Of a DNA stretch of 64,000 nucleotides, positions 10,636 to 20,402 are shown in pieces. A model generated the notes under the pieces. That model was not told the DNA's origin and made no database searches. It saw nothing but the letters and a program-made list of their open reading frames with translations. Source of the stretch: a virus (lineage: Duplodnaviria > Caudoviricetes); IMG/VR virus record IMGVR_UViG_2711768659_000002, positions 6,897 through 70,896 of that record; one strand, given 5' to 3'. Within the stretch, counting starts at the first letter, position 1. Each line of letters opens with the position of its first letter. The translations under genes were made by a program, and so were the position numbers.

Positions 10636-11725
10636 TAAAGGCGAGCTCGTAAAAGCTTTAGATATAGTTTTGAAAGTGGCACCAGTAGGAAAGGTTAATA
10701 CGCAGATTCTTGAGGGGGTTTTGCTCGAGTCGGCTGACAATGGGAAACTTCATTTGACATGCAATAACCTCGAAACGGCGATAAAATTAACGGTTGAATG
10801 TGAAATTATTGAGCCGGGCAATGTAGTTGTTAATTCAAAGCTATTTAGTGAAATCATAAAAAAGATGCCTGATGAAGAAATAGACATTCTTACAAACGAT
10901 AGGGAAATGAATATTGAAGCAGGTAAGACCGTCATGAAACTTCCAATTCTTAAGGGTGAATATCCAGGAATGCAAACAATAACTGAAAAAGGCAGAATGG
11001 TAATAAGTAAATCAATTTTTTCAGAATTAATCAGTAAGGTTGCATTTACGGTATATGACGGTGAGGAAAAGCCAGTATATTCAGGAATAAAAATTGATAT
11101 TTTGGGCGGGAGGATAAATGTCATCGCGACTGATACTTATACTTTTGCCTTACAGCGGAGAAGCATGAATGCACCGGATATAAGTACACTGTTGAACGGG
11201 AAATCTCTTGAAGGTATGTCCAAGGTGTTGTCTGGCGAAGAAAACATATCCTTGTCAATTGGTGAAAATATGGCTGTTCTGTATACAGACAACATCCAAG
11301 CAAATATCAGAACGGTTGAAGGTAGCTTTTTAGATTACAAAAGATGGATATCTATTGCACATGAAACACAAGTAAGCGTAGATAGAAAAAGCATAATGAA
11401 ATCGTTAGAAAGAGCTGCGTTAGTGCTCGAAACTGGCGCAAAGGGGTCGGTGGTCAATGCATTGGAGGTCAGTTCAAATACGGGTGGCTTAACATTGAAA
11501 AGCTCTGGGCAAAAAGGCTCCTTTGATGAAAAAATCCCTGGAGATATAAAGGGTAGTGACTTTAAAAAAATTGGCATTGACCCTCGAAGAGTCATGGATT
11601 GCCTGAAATGCATTGACGACAAAGAAGTGATTTTAAATTTCTCTGGAGAGCAAACACCGTTATTTATAACTCCGGTGGAAGGGGATGATTACATCTACAT
11701 CATTCCGCTTGTCCGGACTAGGTAG
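10619..11725 (+). CDS. dnaN: DNA polymerase III beta sliding clamp (phage-encoded)
   Basis: ILEGVLLE..L.LTCNNLE, GNVVVNSKLFSEIIKK, IATD..FAL, C-terminal YIIPLVR; about 368 aa. Confidence 0.9.
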   Translation: MKIAIDKGELVKALDIVLKVAPVGKVNTQILEGVLLESADNGKLHLTCNNLETAIKLTVECEIIEPGNVVVNSKLFSEIIKKMPDEEIDILTNDREMNIEAGKTVMKLPILKGEYPGMQTITEKGRMVISKSIFSELISKVAFTVYDGEEKPVYSGIKIDILGGRINVIATDTYTFALQRRSMNAPDISTLLNGKSLEGMSKVLSGEENISLSIGENMAVLYTDNIQANIRTVEGSFLDYKRWISIAHETQVSVDRKSIMKSLERAALVLETGAKGSVVNALEVSSNTGGLTLKSSGQKGSFDEKIPGDIKGSDFKKIGIDPRRVMDCLKCIDDKEVILNFSGEQTPLFITPVEGDDYIYIIPLVRTR

Positions 11726-11734
11726 GTGTAACCA

Positions 11735-14254
11735 ATGGGATACTTAGCATTTTTAAAGCGAAAGATGGACATTGCTCCTGAGACCGGGTTTGATATTGAT
11801 ATCTCCGAGGTGAATCCTGCTTTAAAGCCACATCAGAGAACAGCAGTTGTCTGGGGGATAAAGGGCGGCAGACGAGCGATATTCAAATCTTGGGGACTTG
11901 GAAAAACAATAGTTAACCTGGAGATATGCCGGATTATTCAAAAGCATAAAGGCGGCAAGGCACTGATAGTTTTGCCGCTCGGGGTAAAGCAGGAGTTCTT
12001 AAGGGACGCAGTTCGGATTCTCGGGATGGAGCCACCACAATACGTCCGCAATATGGCTGAAATATATGCAACAACTACGGATATTCTCCTTACAAACTAT
12101 GAGCGTGTAAGGGATGGAGATATAGACCCGACATACTTTACAGTTTGTACACTCGACGAAGCAGCCGTATTGAGAAGTTACGGCAGCGATACATATCAGA
12201 CGTTCATGATAAAGTTCAAGGGGGTGAAGTATAAGTTTGCGTTTACTGCCACACCCTCTCCGAACAGGCTAAAAGAGCTTATACATTACGCTGCTTTTTT
12301 GGAGATTATGGATTCAGGGCAGGCCTTAACAAGATTCTTCCAAAGAGACTCAACCAAAGCAAATAACCTCACTCTATATCCCCACCACGAGGACGAATTC
12401 TGGCTTTGGTGCAGCTCATGGGCTTTATGGATAACACAGCCTTCAGACTTGGGTCCCGAATATTCTGACGAAGGATACGACCTGCCACCATTGGAGGTCA
12501 GATATCATGAGATACAGGTAGACCGGGAATTGTATGTAACAGACCGAGATGGCAGGATGAAAATTCAGGATGATGAGGTTGTCTCCTTGCCTGATGCTAT
12601 GAAGGAAAAGCGCAGGAGCATTGATGAGAGAGTCGTAAAGATGGCTGAAATAGTCAATGAGAACCCAGACGACCATTTCATTTTGTGGCACGACCTGGAG
12701 GATGAGCGGAAAGCTATCAAGAAAGCCCTTCCTGATATGGTTGATATTTATGGCAGCCAAGATTATGAGATCCGTGAGCAGAGAGTTATTGACTTCTCAG
12801 ATGGCAAATTCAGGCTGTTTGGCACGAAAAAGGAACTAAGTGGGAGTGGTTGCAATTTTCAGCGGCATTGCCACCGGGAGGTATTCTTAGGTATTGATTA
12901 TGAATTTGAAGATTTCATTCAAGCAATTCACAGGGTCCTTCGTTTCTTGCAAACAGAAAAAGTTATTATCGATATTATACACACCAGCCGAGAGCGCAGA
13001 ATCCTTCAGGTACTGCTGAAAAAGTGGGAACTGCACAAATACCAGGTCAAGAGGATGACGGATATCATTAAGAAATACGGGTTATCCAGCACATCAATGA
13101 TGGAGAAGATGTCTAGGACAATGGGGGTAAAAAGGGTGGAAGTAAAGGGAAAGAACTTTACAGCGGTAAACAACGATTGCATTCTGGAGTTCGAAAGATT
13201 GCCTGATAATTATTTTGATCTGCTGCACACTAGCATACCGTTCGGGAATCACTATGAATATTCAGCCAGTTACAATGATTTTGGATTCAATCCGGACACT
13301 GAGGCATTCTTAGAACAGATGGACTACCTTTCCCCAAACCTTCTCAGAACACTTAAGCCTGGCCGTGTATTTGCCTGCCACGTTAAGGACCGTGTGTTGT
13401 TTGGTAATACAACAGGTGATGGATTCCCCACAATGGAACCATTTCATGCTCTATGCATACAGCACTATATGAAACATGGTTTTAGGTATTTCGGGATGAT
13501 AACAGTAGTTACTGATGTCGTCCGGGAAAATAACCAGACCTACCGCCTTGGATGGAGCGAATGCTGCAAGGACGGAACGAAGATGGGAGTCGGCTGCCCT
13601 GAGTACATATTGCTATTCAGGAAGCTGCCGAGCGATACCAGCAACGCATACGCAGATGTTCCAGTTGTAAAATCTAAGGAAGAATATACCCGGGCACAGT
13701 GGCAAATTGATGCTCATGCCCTTTGGAGATCATCTGGAAATAGGTTATTAACTAAGAAAGAATTATTAGATATCTCGGTGAACAAACTTCAAGCTGCATA
13801 TACAAAGTATTCTCGTGAGACAGTTTACAGTTATGCTGAGCATGTTGAAATATCGAAAAAACTTGATGAAGATGGAAAGCTTCCTGGGAGTTTCATGGTC
13901 GTGGCGCCGGGTAGCTGGACAGACCAAGTTTGGGATGATATCTTACGCTTTAAGACTTTGAATGCGAAACAGACTCAAAAACGTTTACAGAACCATGTAT
14001 GCCCGATTCAGATAGATATTCCCGAAAGAATCATCAACAGATATACCAATCCGGGCGAATTGGTAGGAGACCCTTTCGGGGGACTAATGACAATTCCAAA
14101 CGTAGCATTGGATTTAGGGCGTAAAGGCTGGGGGTGTGAACTAGCTTCGAACTACTTCCGGGATGGAGTAGGCTACCTGCAGGCGGCAGATGCAGATGTA
14201 AGAGTTCCGTCGTTATTTGATTTCTTTGGAGAGGAAATGGAGGACCTGGGATGA
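11735..14254 (+). CDS. SNF2-like helicase fused to N4/N6 amino-DNA methyltransferase
   Basis: WGLGKT, LDEAA, TATPSPN, QAIHRVLRF helicase motifs; HTSIPF, GELVGDPFGGLMT methyltransferase motifs. Confidence 0.88.
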   Translation: MGYLAFLKRKMDIAPETGFDIDISEVNPALKPHQRTAVVWGIKGGRRAIFKSWGLGKTIVNLEICRIIQKHKGGKALIVLPLGVKQEFLRDAVRILGMEPPQYVRNMAEIYATTTDILLTNYERVRDGDIDPTYFTVCTLDEAAVLRSYGSDTYQTFMIKFKGVKYKFAFTATPSPNRLKELIHYAAFLEIMDSGQALTRFFQRDSTKANNLTLYPHHEDEFWLWCSSWALWITQPSDLGPEYSDEGYDLPPLEVRYHEIQVDRELYVTDRDGRMKIQDDEVVSLPDAMKEKRRSIDERVVKMAEIVNENPDDHFILWHDLEDERKAIKKALPDMVDIYGSQDYEIREQRVIDFSDGKFRLFGTKKELSGSGCNFQRHCHREVFLGIDYEFEDFIQAIHRVLRFLQTEKVIIDIIHTSRERRILQVLLKKWELHKYQVKRMTDIIKKYGLSSTSMMEKMSRTMGVKRVEVKGKNFTAVNNDCILEFERLPDNYFDLLHTSIPFGNHYEYSASYNDFGFNPDTEAFLEQMDYLSPNLLRTLKPGRVFACHVKDRVLFGNTTGDGFPTMEPFHALCIQHYMKHGFRYFGMITVVTDVVRENNQTYRLGWSECCKDGTKMGVGCPEYILLFRKLPSDTSNAYADVPVVKSKEEYTRAQWQIDAHALWRSSGNRLLTKKELLDISVNKLQAAYTKYSRETVYSYAEHVEISKKLDEDGKLPGSFMVVAPGSWTDQVWDDILRFKTLNAKQTQKRLQNHVCPIQIDIPERIINRYTNPGELVGDPFGGLMTIPNVALDLGRKGWGCELASNYFRDGVGYLQAADADVRVPSLFDFFGEEMEDLG

Positions 14255-14568
14255 ATGAAGCGCTAAAGGCTATACAAACTCTAAAACAGTTAACTCTCTG
14301 TGGAAATTGCGCTACCGGGGCAGATAAGGAAGGCGGCTGCACTGCTTGTGACAGAATGATAGCTAAATACCAGGCTATTAAGGCCCTTGAAAAACAGATA
14401 TCAAAGAAAGTTATTACCGAATTAATGACAGATTATAACGAATGTGTCAGGGGCCCGTCTTATGAAATATATAAATGCCCTGACTGTATGAAACACATAT
14501 ATGACATAGGTGCTGAATTTTGCGGCAGTTGTGGCAAAAGTCTGGATTGGGGTGATTCTGATGAATGA
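14251..14568 (+). CDS. Hypothetical protein with Zn-ribbons (CPDC...CGSCGKSLDW)
   Basis: Coupled ORF; typical phage Zn-finger C-terminus. Confidence 0.65.
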   Translation: MNEALKAIQTLKQLTLCGNCATGADKEGGCTACDRMIAKYQAIKALEKQISKKVITELMTDYNECVRGPSYEIYKCPDCMKHIYDIGAEFCGSCGKSLDWGDSDE

Positions 14569-14841
14569 AATAGAAAAGACTATCGATTACTGCAAAGGTC
14601 ACATCAAATCCCTTGAAGAAAAGCAGAAGCGGGAACAAGGATGCAAGTATTGTAAAGTACCCTACAAAGATATCATTGACATAATTTTGGGCGAATCAGT
14701 AAACGGGGAAGAAGTTCATTTATTTATAAATACAGATGGTCAAAATCTTAGGCTATATGATAATTTACCGGATAACCCTAAAACCGATACATTAAAATTG
14801 GCTACTGTCCAATGTGCGGAAGGAGGCTAAGTCATGAGTGA
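14561..14841 (+). pseudogene. Small Zn-finger protein (ends YCPMCGRRL) with apparent 1-bp frameshift near 14790
   Basis: The typical tail IKIGYCPMCGRRLSHE* lies in another frame from 14791 and would end with an ATGAGTGA overlap into the next gene. Confidence 0.6.
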
Positions 14842-15028
14842 GCCGGAAGAAAAATGTTGTTACATCTGCGAGAATTACATTGCCTTTCACGGAACAGCAG
14901 GTACATGCAAAATAAAACCCAAGGCAATATTGGTAGACGCTTTGGATATATGTCAGGATTTTAAAGAGTATGGCCGGAAGCAAATCCCGGGTAAGGAGGA
15001 GGCAAACCATGAGAGTACTACTAATTGA
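14834..15028 (+). CDS. Hypothetical Cys-rich small protein
   Basis: GGAGG RBS; CCYICENY...C...C. Confidence 0.55.
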   Translation: MSEPEEKCCYICENYIAFHGTAGTCKIKPKAILVDALDICQDFKEYGRKQIPGKEEANHESTTN

Positions 15029-16013
15029 TGTAGATGGGAAGCTACCAAATCTTGCATTGATGAAGCTCTCAACCTGGCACAAATCCCTTGGCGATGAAGT
15101 ATTCCTGAATGAATGCATCAATCCGGATAAAGTCTACATATCAGTCTTGTTTACATGGAATAGATCAAAAGTCGAAAAAATTATGCTGCTTTACCCGAAT
15201 GCAGAGATTGAAGTCGGCGGCACCGGTTGGGATATTCACAAAACACTTCCGGCAGAAATCGAAGCTTACAAGCCCGACTATAATTTATACAAAGTATCCG
15301 ATATCCTGCCAAGAATTAAAGGCGGTATTGCTACCAAGGAAAGCAAAATTAAAAAGGCTGAGACGATTGTTAATGCTGGCATGGGATTTACTTCCCGGGG
15401 ATGTATCCGAAACTGCGGATTCTGCTTTGTACCGCCAAAGGAAGGTAAATTTCATAGAGTAGGAGAGATTCAAGACCTTATCAATCCAAAGTCAAATGTA
15501 ATTATTCTACTGGACAATAACTTGACTGCCGACCCAGATTGTATAGAAAAGCTGCACGAAATACGGGACAGAGGGCTTGTTGTGGACATTACACAAGGAA
15601 TTGACGTAAGGTTGGTAACACCAGGAATTGCACATGCATTGAGCGAGGTTAAGCATCTTCGAAGTATACATTATGCCTGGGACTTGATGCCATTTGAAAG
15701 ACAGGTATTTGAAGGGATAAAGATACTTTCAGAGCATGTCAAACTGTATAAGCACATCTGCATGATGTTAACCGGATATGATACCACTTTTGAAGAGGAT
15801 ATGTATAGATTCAGAAAACTTATTGAGCAAGGAGTTAAGCCTTATGTAATGCCCTACAACAAAGCATACCCGACAGTAAAACATCAGTGTTTTGCAGGTT
15901 GGGTAAACAGCAGAAAGCATACAGTATGCAGTTTTGAAGAGTTTGAACCATGGGTAAAGTCACAAAACAAAAATCAATTGAACTTATTTGAAGGAGCGTG
16001 GGCGGATGGATAG
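15009..16013 (+). CDS. Radical SAM protein
   Basis: TSRGCIRNCGFCFVP (CxxxCxxC), LLDNN; N-terminal PNLALMKLS resembles truncated B12-binding-type domains. Confidence 0.85.
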   Translation: MRVLLIDVDGKLPNLALMKLSTWHKSLGDEVFLNECINPDKVYISVLFTWNRSKVEKIMLLYPNAEIEVGGTGWDIHKTLPAEIEAYKPDYNLYKVSDILPRIKGGIATKESKIKKAETIVNAGMGFTSRGCIRNCGFCFVPPKEGKFHRVGEIQDLINPKSNVIILLDNNLTADPDCIEKLHEIRDRGLVVDITQGIDVRLVTPGIAHALSEVKHLRSIHYAWDLMPFERQVFEGIKILSEHVKLYKHICMMLTGYDTTFEEDMYRFRKLIEQGVKPYVMPYNKAYPTVKHQCFAGWVNSRKHTVCSFEEFEPWVKSQNKNQLNLFEGAWADG

Positions 16014-16161
16014 ACACCAGTATATCAGTTGGTATAAAGGCCACTACGGCCATATGCCACCACAGAAGTTATTGGACAAGTATTATCCTATTGTCCAGAA
16101 GGAAGATGTGATTCCAGAGCCAACGCTGGAAGAGCGGGAAGCGTTTTGGAGAGAGGAGTAA
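16006..16161 (+). CDS. Hypothetical 51-aa protein (not in ORF track)
   Basis: MDRHQYISW...FWREE; GGAG RBS; overlaps upstream stop. Confidence 0.5.
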   Translation: MDRHQYISWYKGHYGHMPPQKLLDKYYPIVQKEDVIPEPTLEEREAFWREE

Positions 16162-16166
16162 GAAGA

Positions 16167-16760
16167 TTGAAATTTAAAGATTTTGCAGTGGCTATGGTTC
16201 TTGTGTTTATGCTTGTTTTACTGGGGAAGTACAACAGCTTGGCGCTTGAAAACCAGGACAGTATAGGTATTATGAATCAACAAATAGAAGACTTGCAGCA
16301 GCAAATGGAAGCGTTGCCGTCAATATCATCAGATATCAGTGATATTACTGAACAAATCAAAGTGCTATCAGCCAAAATTGAATCCAACCGAAAAGAGCTT
16401 GATAATAAAATATCCCGTGGCAGTGCAGATGTTCGAAAGATGAGAGTAACAGCATATGACCTGTCCGTGGAATCCTGTGGAAAACGGCCCAGCCATCCGT
16501 TGTATGGGATTACGGCCAGTGGTGAACCGGTGAAGGAATGGAGTACAATTGCGACCGGACCAGAGCTTCCATTCGGGACCAGAATATACATACCTTACTT
16601 CCGGGATAAGCCCAACAATGGAATTTTCGTTGTGGCAGACAGAGGTAGCGCAATTAAACGGAATTGTATCGATGTGTATATGGCTGACAGTGATGCTTGC
16701 CAGGAGTTTGGTGTAAAGATGTTTGATGTTTATGTATTGGGGGAGGATGATGAAAAGTGA
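16167..16760 (+). CDS. 3D-domain protein with N-terminal membrane anchor and coiled coil
   Basis: MRVTAY...GITASG..IATGPELPFGTRIYI..VADRGSAIKRNCIDVYM. Confidence 0.85.
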   Translation: MKFKDFAVAMVLVFMLVLLGKYNSLALENQDSIGIMNQQIEDLQQQMEALPSISSDISDITEQIKVLSAKIESNRKELDNKISRGSADVRKMRVTAYDLSVESCGKRPSHPLYGITASGEPVKEWSTIATGPELPFGTRIYIPYFRDKPNNGIFVVADRGSAIKRNCIDVYMADSDACQEFGVKMFDVYVLGEDDEK

Positions 16761-16978
16761 GAGAAATGAGCCTTGAAATGGTTCGTAGCAACAGGGCCAG
16801 AAAGTGCCGGAAATGTGGCGCAATGATTCCTGCGAAGCAGTTTTCTCAAAAGATAACCAAGAAGCAAACCGGTGCAATAAGCCGAACAGAAACTTATTAT
16901 ACGTGTATTAATTGTCCGGAGAAGAATGAAATAAAAGCAGGTAGTTCAGTTCTGCATAAGCCTACAGGTGAAACTTGA
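16757..16978 (+). CDS. Hypothetical Zn-finger protein
   Basis: CRKC...CINC. Confidence 0.55.
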   Translation: MREMSLEMVRSNRARKCRKCGAMIPAKQFSQKITKKQTGAISRTETYYTCINCPEKNEIKAGSSVLHKPTGET

Positions 16979-17147
16979 TTTGTCCTTGGAGTAAACAAGC
17001 CGGAGAATATGGTTTGTATTGCTGGATGGCCACCGTCAGTTGCAAATCTTTCAGATTGTGAGCTTAAAGATATCGGAAATGGAATAACACAGCAAGAAAG
17101 GAAATACCGCGATAATGAATTCGGGCTGAATTGGGAGGAATAAAGGT

Positions 17148-17624
17148 ATGAATAAAGGTGCAATCATAGACGAAACAGGAAAATACAGATACTTGCTCTG
17201 GCGAATATGGGACGAAACAAAGCCATTAGCAGTGTTCATTATGCTGAATCCCTCCACGGCTGATGCAGAGGAGGATGACCCGACAATACGCCGCTGTATG
17301 AATTATGCCCGGAGTTGGGGTTACGGCGGGATAAAGGTTGTAAATCTCTTTGCATACCGGGCTACAAATCCGAAAGAATTGACCAAGGTTATTGACCCCG
17401 TTGGACCTGAAAACCATGGTCATGTTATTAAGGCAATTAATGGGGCTGAGATTGTTATAGCAGCTTGGGGAACTAAAGGAAACTACATGAGTATGCAGAG
17501 CAGTATTATCCAATTGCTAAAGACAACTCCAAAGTTACACTATTTGGGTATTACAAAGGATGGTTATCCAAAGCACCCTTTGTATCTTAAAGCAGATTTG
17601 AAGCCGGTTAAGTGGGCGATATAA
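17148..17624 (+). CDS. DUF1643 family protein
   Basis: YRYLLWRIW, FIMLNPSTAD..DDPTIRRC, VNLFA, AWG, GYPKHPLY. Confidence 0.88.
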   Translation: MNKGAIIDETGKYRYLLWRIWDETKPLAVFIMLNPSTADAEEDDPTIRRCMNYARSWGYGGIKVVNLFAYRATNPKELTKVIDPVGPENHGHVIKAINGAEIVIAAWGTKGNYMSMQSSIIQLLKTTPKLHYLGITKDGYPKHPLYLKADLKPVKWAI

Positions 17625-18043
17625 AGGAGGTTTATGTTTTGATTAACAACAAAGACATCGGTTCTCTTAAAGATTATTTTTGTGGTCTTGACCACTCTGT
17701 GTTTGGACATCAAGTAAAAACAATGGCGCGGCATGGCAAGGAATTAATTGAGGTTATCGAAGCTCAGCAACAAGAAATTGATAAGTTGAAAAAATATGAG
17801 AGTGAATATCCAGGGCTTAAGGTGAAATACCGTGTATTTAAGGCAAGGAACAACGAGCCTGTGGAAGGATGTTTCGTCCTTAGACCAGATAAAGATTTGG
17901 CGGCCAGAACTGCATTAAGAGCATATATGCATGCGACTGATAATTATGTGCTGCAACAAGACTTGAAGAAGTGGATTGCGGAATTGGAAGGAGGAGATGG
18001 CCTTGCAACAAATAATAGATGTTCTCAAAACTCTTCGGATTAA
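17612..18043 (+). CDS. Hypothetical phage protein
   Basis: KYRVFK..FVLRPDKDLAARTALRAY pattern; coupled ORF. Confidence 0.6.
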   Translation: MGDIKEVYVLINNKDIGSLKDYFCGLDHSVFGHQVKTMARHGKELIEVIEAQQQEIDKLKKYESEYPGLKVKYRVFKARNNEPVEGCFVLRPDKDLAARTALRAYMHATDNYVLQQDLKKWIAELEGGDGLATNNRCSQNSSD

Positions 18044-18365
18044 TCCAATCAATGAAGAATTTGACCTCCAGGCCGAAATTGAAAAGTTGCTGATAGCAGC
18101 AGGCATTACGCATGAAAGAGAGTGCTATCTTGGTAGAGGAAACAGGGTTGACTTTCTCACTTCAAATGATGGGATTGCTATTGAAGTTAAGAAAGGCAAG
18201 CCAAATAAAATGCAGGCAATAAGTCAACTTCGAAGATACTCTGAATTTGACCGAGTAAAGGGAATTATTCTTGTTATAGAAAAGAATATGGACATTCCAA
18301 AGATATTGAACGGCAAACCTTGTGTTTCCCTGGGATTAAATAAACTGTGGGGGATTGCACTATGA
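17997..18365 (+). CDS. PD-(D/E)xK-like nuclease-fold protein
   Basis: E..L..GNRVDFL...IAIEVKK..Q.RRY motif. Confidence 0.6.
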   Translation: MALQQIIDVLKTLRINPINEEFDLQAEIEKLLIAAGITHERECYLGRGNRVDFLTSNDGIAIEVKKGKPNKMQAISQLRRYSEFDRVKGIILVIEKNMDIPKILNGKPCVSLGLNKLWGIAL

Positions 18366-18640
18366 TCAATACAATTAATCCAAAAGTCGCAAAATTATAT
18401 AATAGAGATATTGAAGGCAATTTACAGGAGATTCCGAACTTAATTCAAGATATAACTCTTTCATTCAATGAATCTGAAACAGAGCATAGCGACTTGACTC
18501 CACCATTAGAATGCTCAATTGAAATGTCTATTACCTTTATATCCGCTAAAGAGATAAATGTCGTAGTTGGCTTTGATGCATTTAAGCATAAATCAAATAA
18601 TTGGCGAAAGATGCATGGCCTCCCCATGAGCAGGAGGTAA
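18362..18640 (+). CDS. Hypothetical protein
   Basis: Coupled ORF ending NNWRKMHGLPMSRR. Confidence 0.6.
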   Translation: MINTINPKVAKLYNRDIEGNLQEIPNLIQDITLSFNESETEHSDLTPPLECSIEMSITFISAKEINVVVGFDAFKHKSNNWRKMHGLPMSRR

Positions 18641-18643
18641 TCC

Positions 18644-20392
18644 ATGATTCCAGCATATTTAAACAAAATAGAGACTGCTGACTATTTTTATGGCTCACTT
18701 GAGTATGAGCAGGATACCGATTCTTGGGTAATAGAAGGCGAACCTTGTATTATTGACATGGCAAAAAGGATATTCCCCGGATGCTCAGGCAAGGGTTCAG
18801 GATTGGCCAGATTCCAGAACACAAAACGAATCAACGGGGATTTAAACTGGCTGATGCAGAGATATCCTCTTCAAATTAAGCAACCAGAGCTATGGAATTC
18901 GTCATATGAGCAAGCTGTTGAGCATGTTATAAAGCGGCAGGAACTCAATGAGCGTCCGTATAGGGTAAGGCCTTCCATGGACTTTATTGGCGAACTGAAG
19001 GGGTTTCAAGAGGAAGGGCATACTTTCATGCTTCATAATAGTCGAACACTTTTGGCAGATGAAATGGGTTTAGGAAAGACTGTTCAGGCAATTGCTTTTC
19101 TTGCATCTACTCAAAGCTATCCTGCTCTGCTTATAGTCCCCCCGCATTTAATACGCAATTGGCAGAAAGAGATAAACAAATTTTTGAAGCTCCCTCGAAA
19201 AGTGGTTTCCTTATTTGAAGAAAACGAGAAAGAGTCTGTGCATGTTATTAAGGGATTAAGACCGTACAAGTTGCCAGAGGCAAGTATATATATCATCCAT
19301 TACCTTTTGCTTAGGGGCTGGAAAAATGTTCTGCCTGAAATTGGATTCAAGGCTATCATATTGGATGAAATCCAAGAGCTGCGCCATACCGGCACCGAGA
19401 AATACAGTGCGGCATCCCTGGTAGCTTCCAGATGTGAAAATGTAATAGGCCTATCGGGTACTCCAATATACAACAGGGGCGGTGAAATTTGGAGTGTAAT
19501 GAATATAATAGAGTACCACTGCTTAGGTGACTGGGACAGTTTTACACGGGAATGGTGCTTTGGTTATGGTTCAGATGTAGTCAAGAATCCAGACTTATTG
19601 GGTGACTATCTCAGGCGCGAAGGACTTATGCTCAGGCGGCGAAAGGCAGACGTGCTTAAAGAACTTCCTCCAAAACGCCGGGTTGTTCAGACGATTGATT
19701 TTGATACCGGCACCTACAGTAACCTTATTCAGTCTGCTGTAAGCAAGGCCAAAATGATTGATAGTATCAATGATCGTTTTGAAAAAGGGAGAATGTCCAG
19801 GGATATTGTAAATGAAACCAGACAGGCCATTGGTATTGCAAAGGCTCCATATGTGGCTGAGTTTGTCAAAATGCTACTGAATGCCGGGGAACGAATTCTG
19901 CTTTTTGCTTATCATCATGCGGTCTGGGAAACGTTCAAGGAAGAGCTGGAGGAGTTTCATCCAGTATTCATTACGGGAAAAGAAACTTTAAATCAAAAAG
20001 ATGAATCCGTATGGGCTTTCAAAAACGGAGAGACGAACCTGTGCTGCGTTTCTCTCCGAGCTGCAGCAGGTATTGATGGATTGCAAGGTGCTTCTTGCGT
20101 TGTTTTCGGTGAACTGGACTGGTCGCCAGCAATACACAGCCAAGCAGAAGATAGGGTACAAAGAATTGGCGTAGACGAAAACAAAGATTCTATCCTGTGC
20201 TATTACCTTGTGGCTGAGGAAGGCACAGATGAAACCATTCAAGAATTCCTTGGCCTGAAGGTTTCTCAATTCGTTGGAATCATGGGGGACAAGACAGAAA
20301 CTGAGGAAGATAAAATGCTGGCTCAACAGAAGGCAACGGAACATATGAACAAGATAGTTGAGAAGTTGAAAGGGGGAGTGACATATCAATAA
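18644..20392 (+). CDS. SNF2-family DEAD/DEAH helicase
   Basis: LADEMGLGKT, ILDEIQ, LSGTP, QAEDRVQRIG. Confidence 0.92.
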   Translation: MIPAYLNKIETADYFYGSLEYEQDTDSWVIEGEPCIIDMAKRIFPGCSGKGSGLARFQNTKRINGDLNWLMQRYPLQIKQPELWNSSYEQAVEHVIKRQELNERPYRVRPSMDFIGELKGFQEEGHTFMLHNSRTLLADEMGLGKTVQAIAFLASTQSYPALLIVPPHLIRNWQKEINKFLKLPRKVVSLFEENEKESVHVIKGLRPYKLPEASIYIIHYLLLRGWKNVLPEIGFKAIILDEIQELRHTGTEKYSAASLVASRCENVIGLSGTPIYNRGGEIWSVMNIIEYHCLGDWDSFTREWCFGYGSDVVKNPDLLGDYLRREGLMLRRRKADVLKELPPKRRVVQTIDFDTGTYSNLIQSAVSKAKMIDSINDRFEKGRMSRDIVNETRQAIGIAKAPYVAEFVKMLLNAGERILLFAYHHAVWETFKEELEEFHPVFITGKETLNQKDESVWAFKNGETNLCCVSLRAAAGIDGLQGASCVVFGELDWSPAIHSQAEDRVQRIGVDENKDSILCYYLVAEEGTDETIQEFLGLKVSQFVGIMGDKTETEEDKMLAQQKATEHMNKIVEKLKGGVTYQ

Positions 20393-20402
20393 AACAATAC
20401 TC

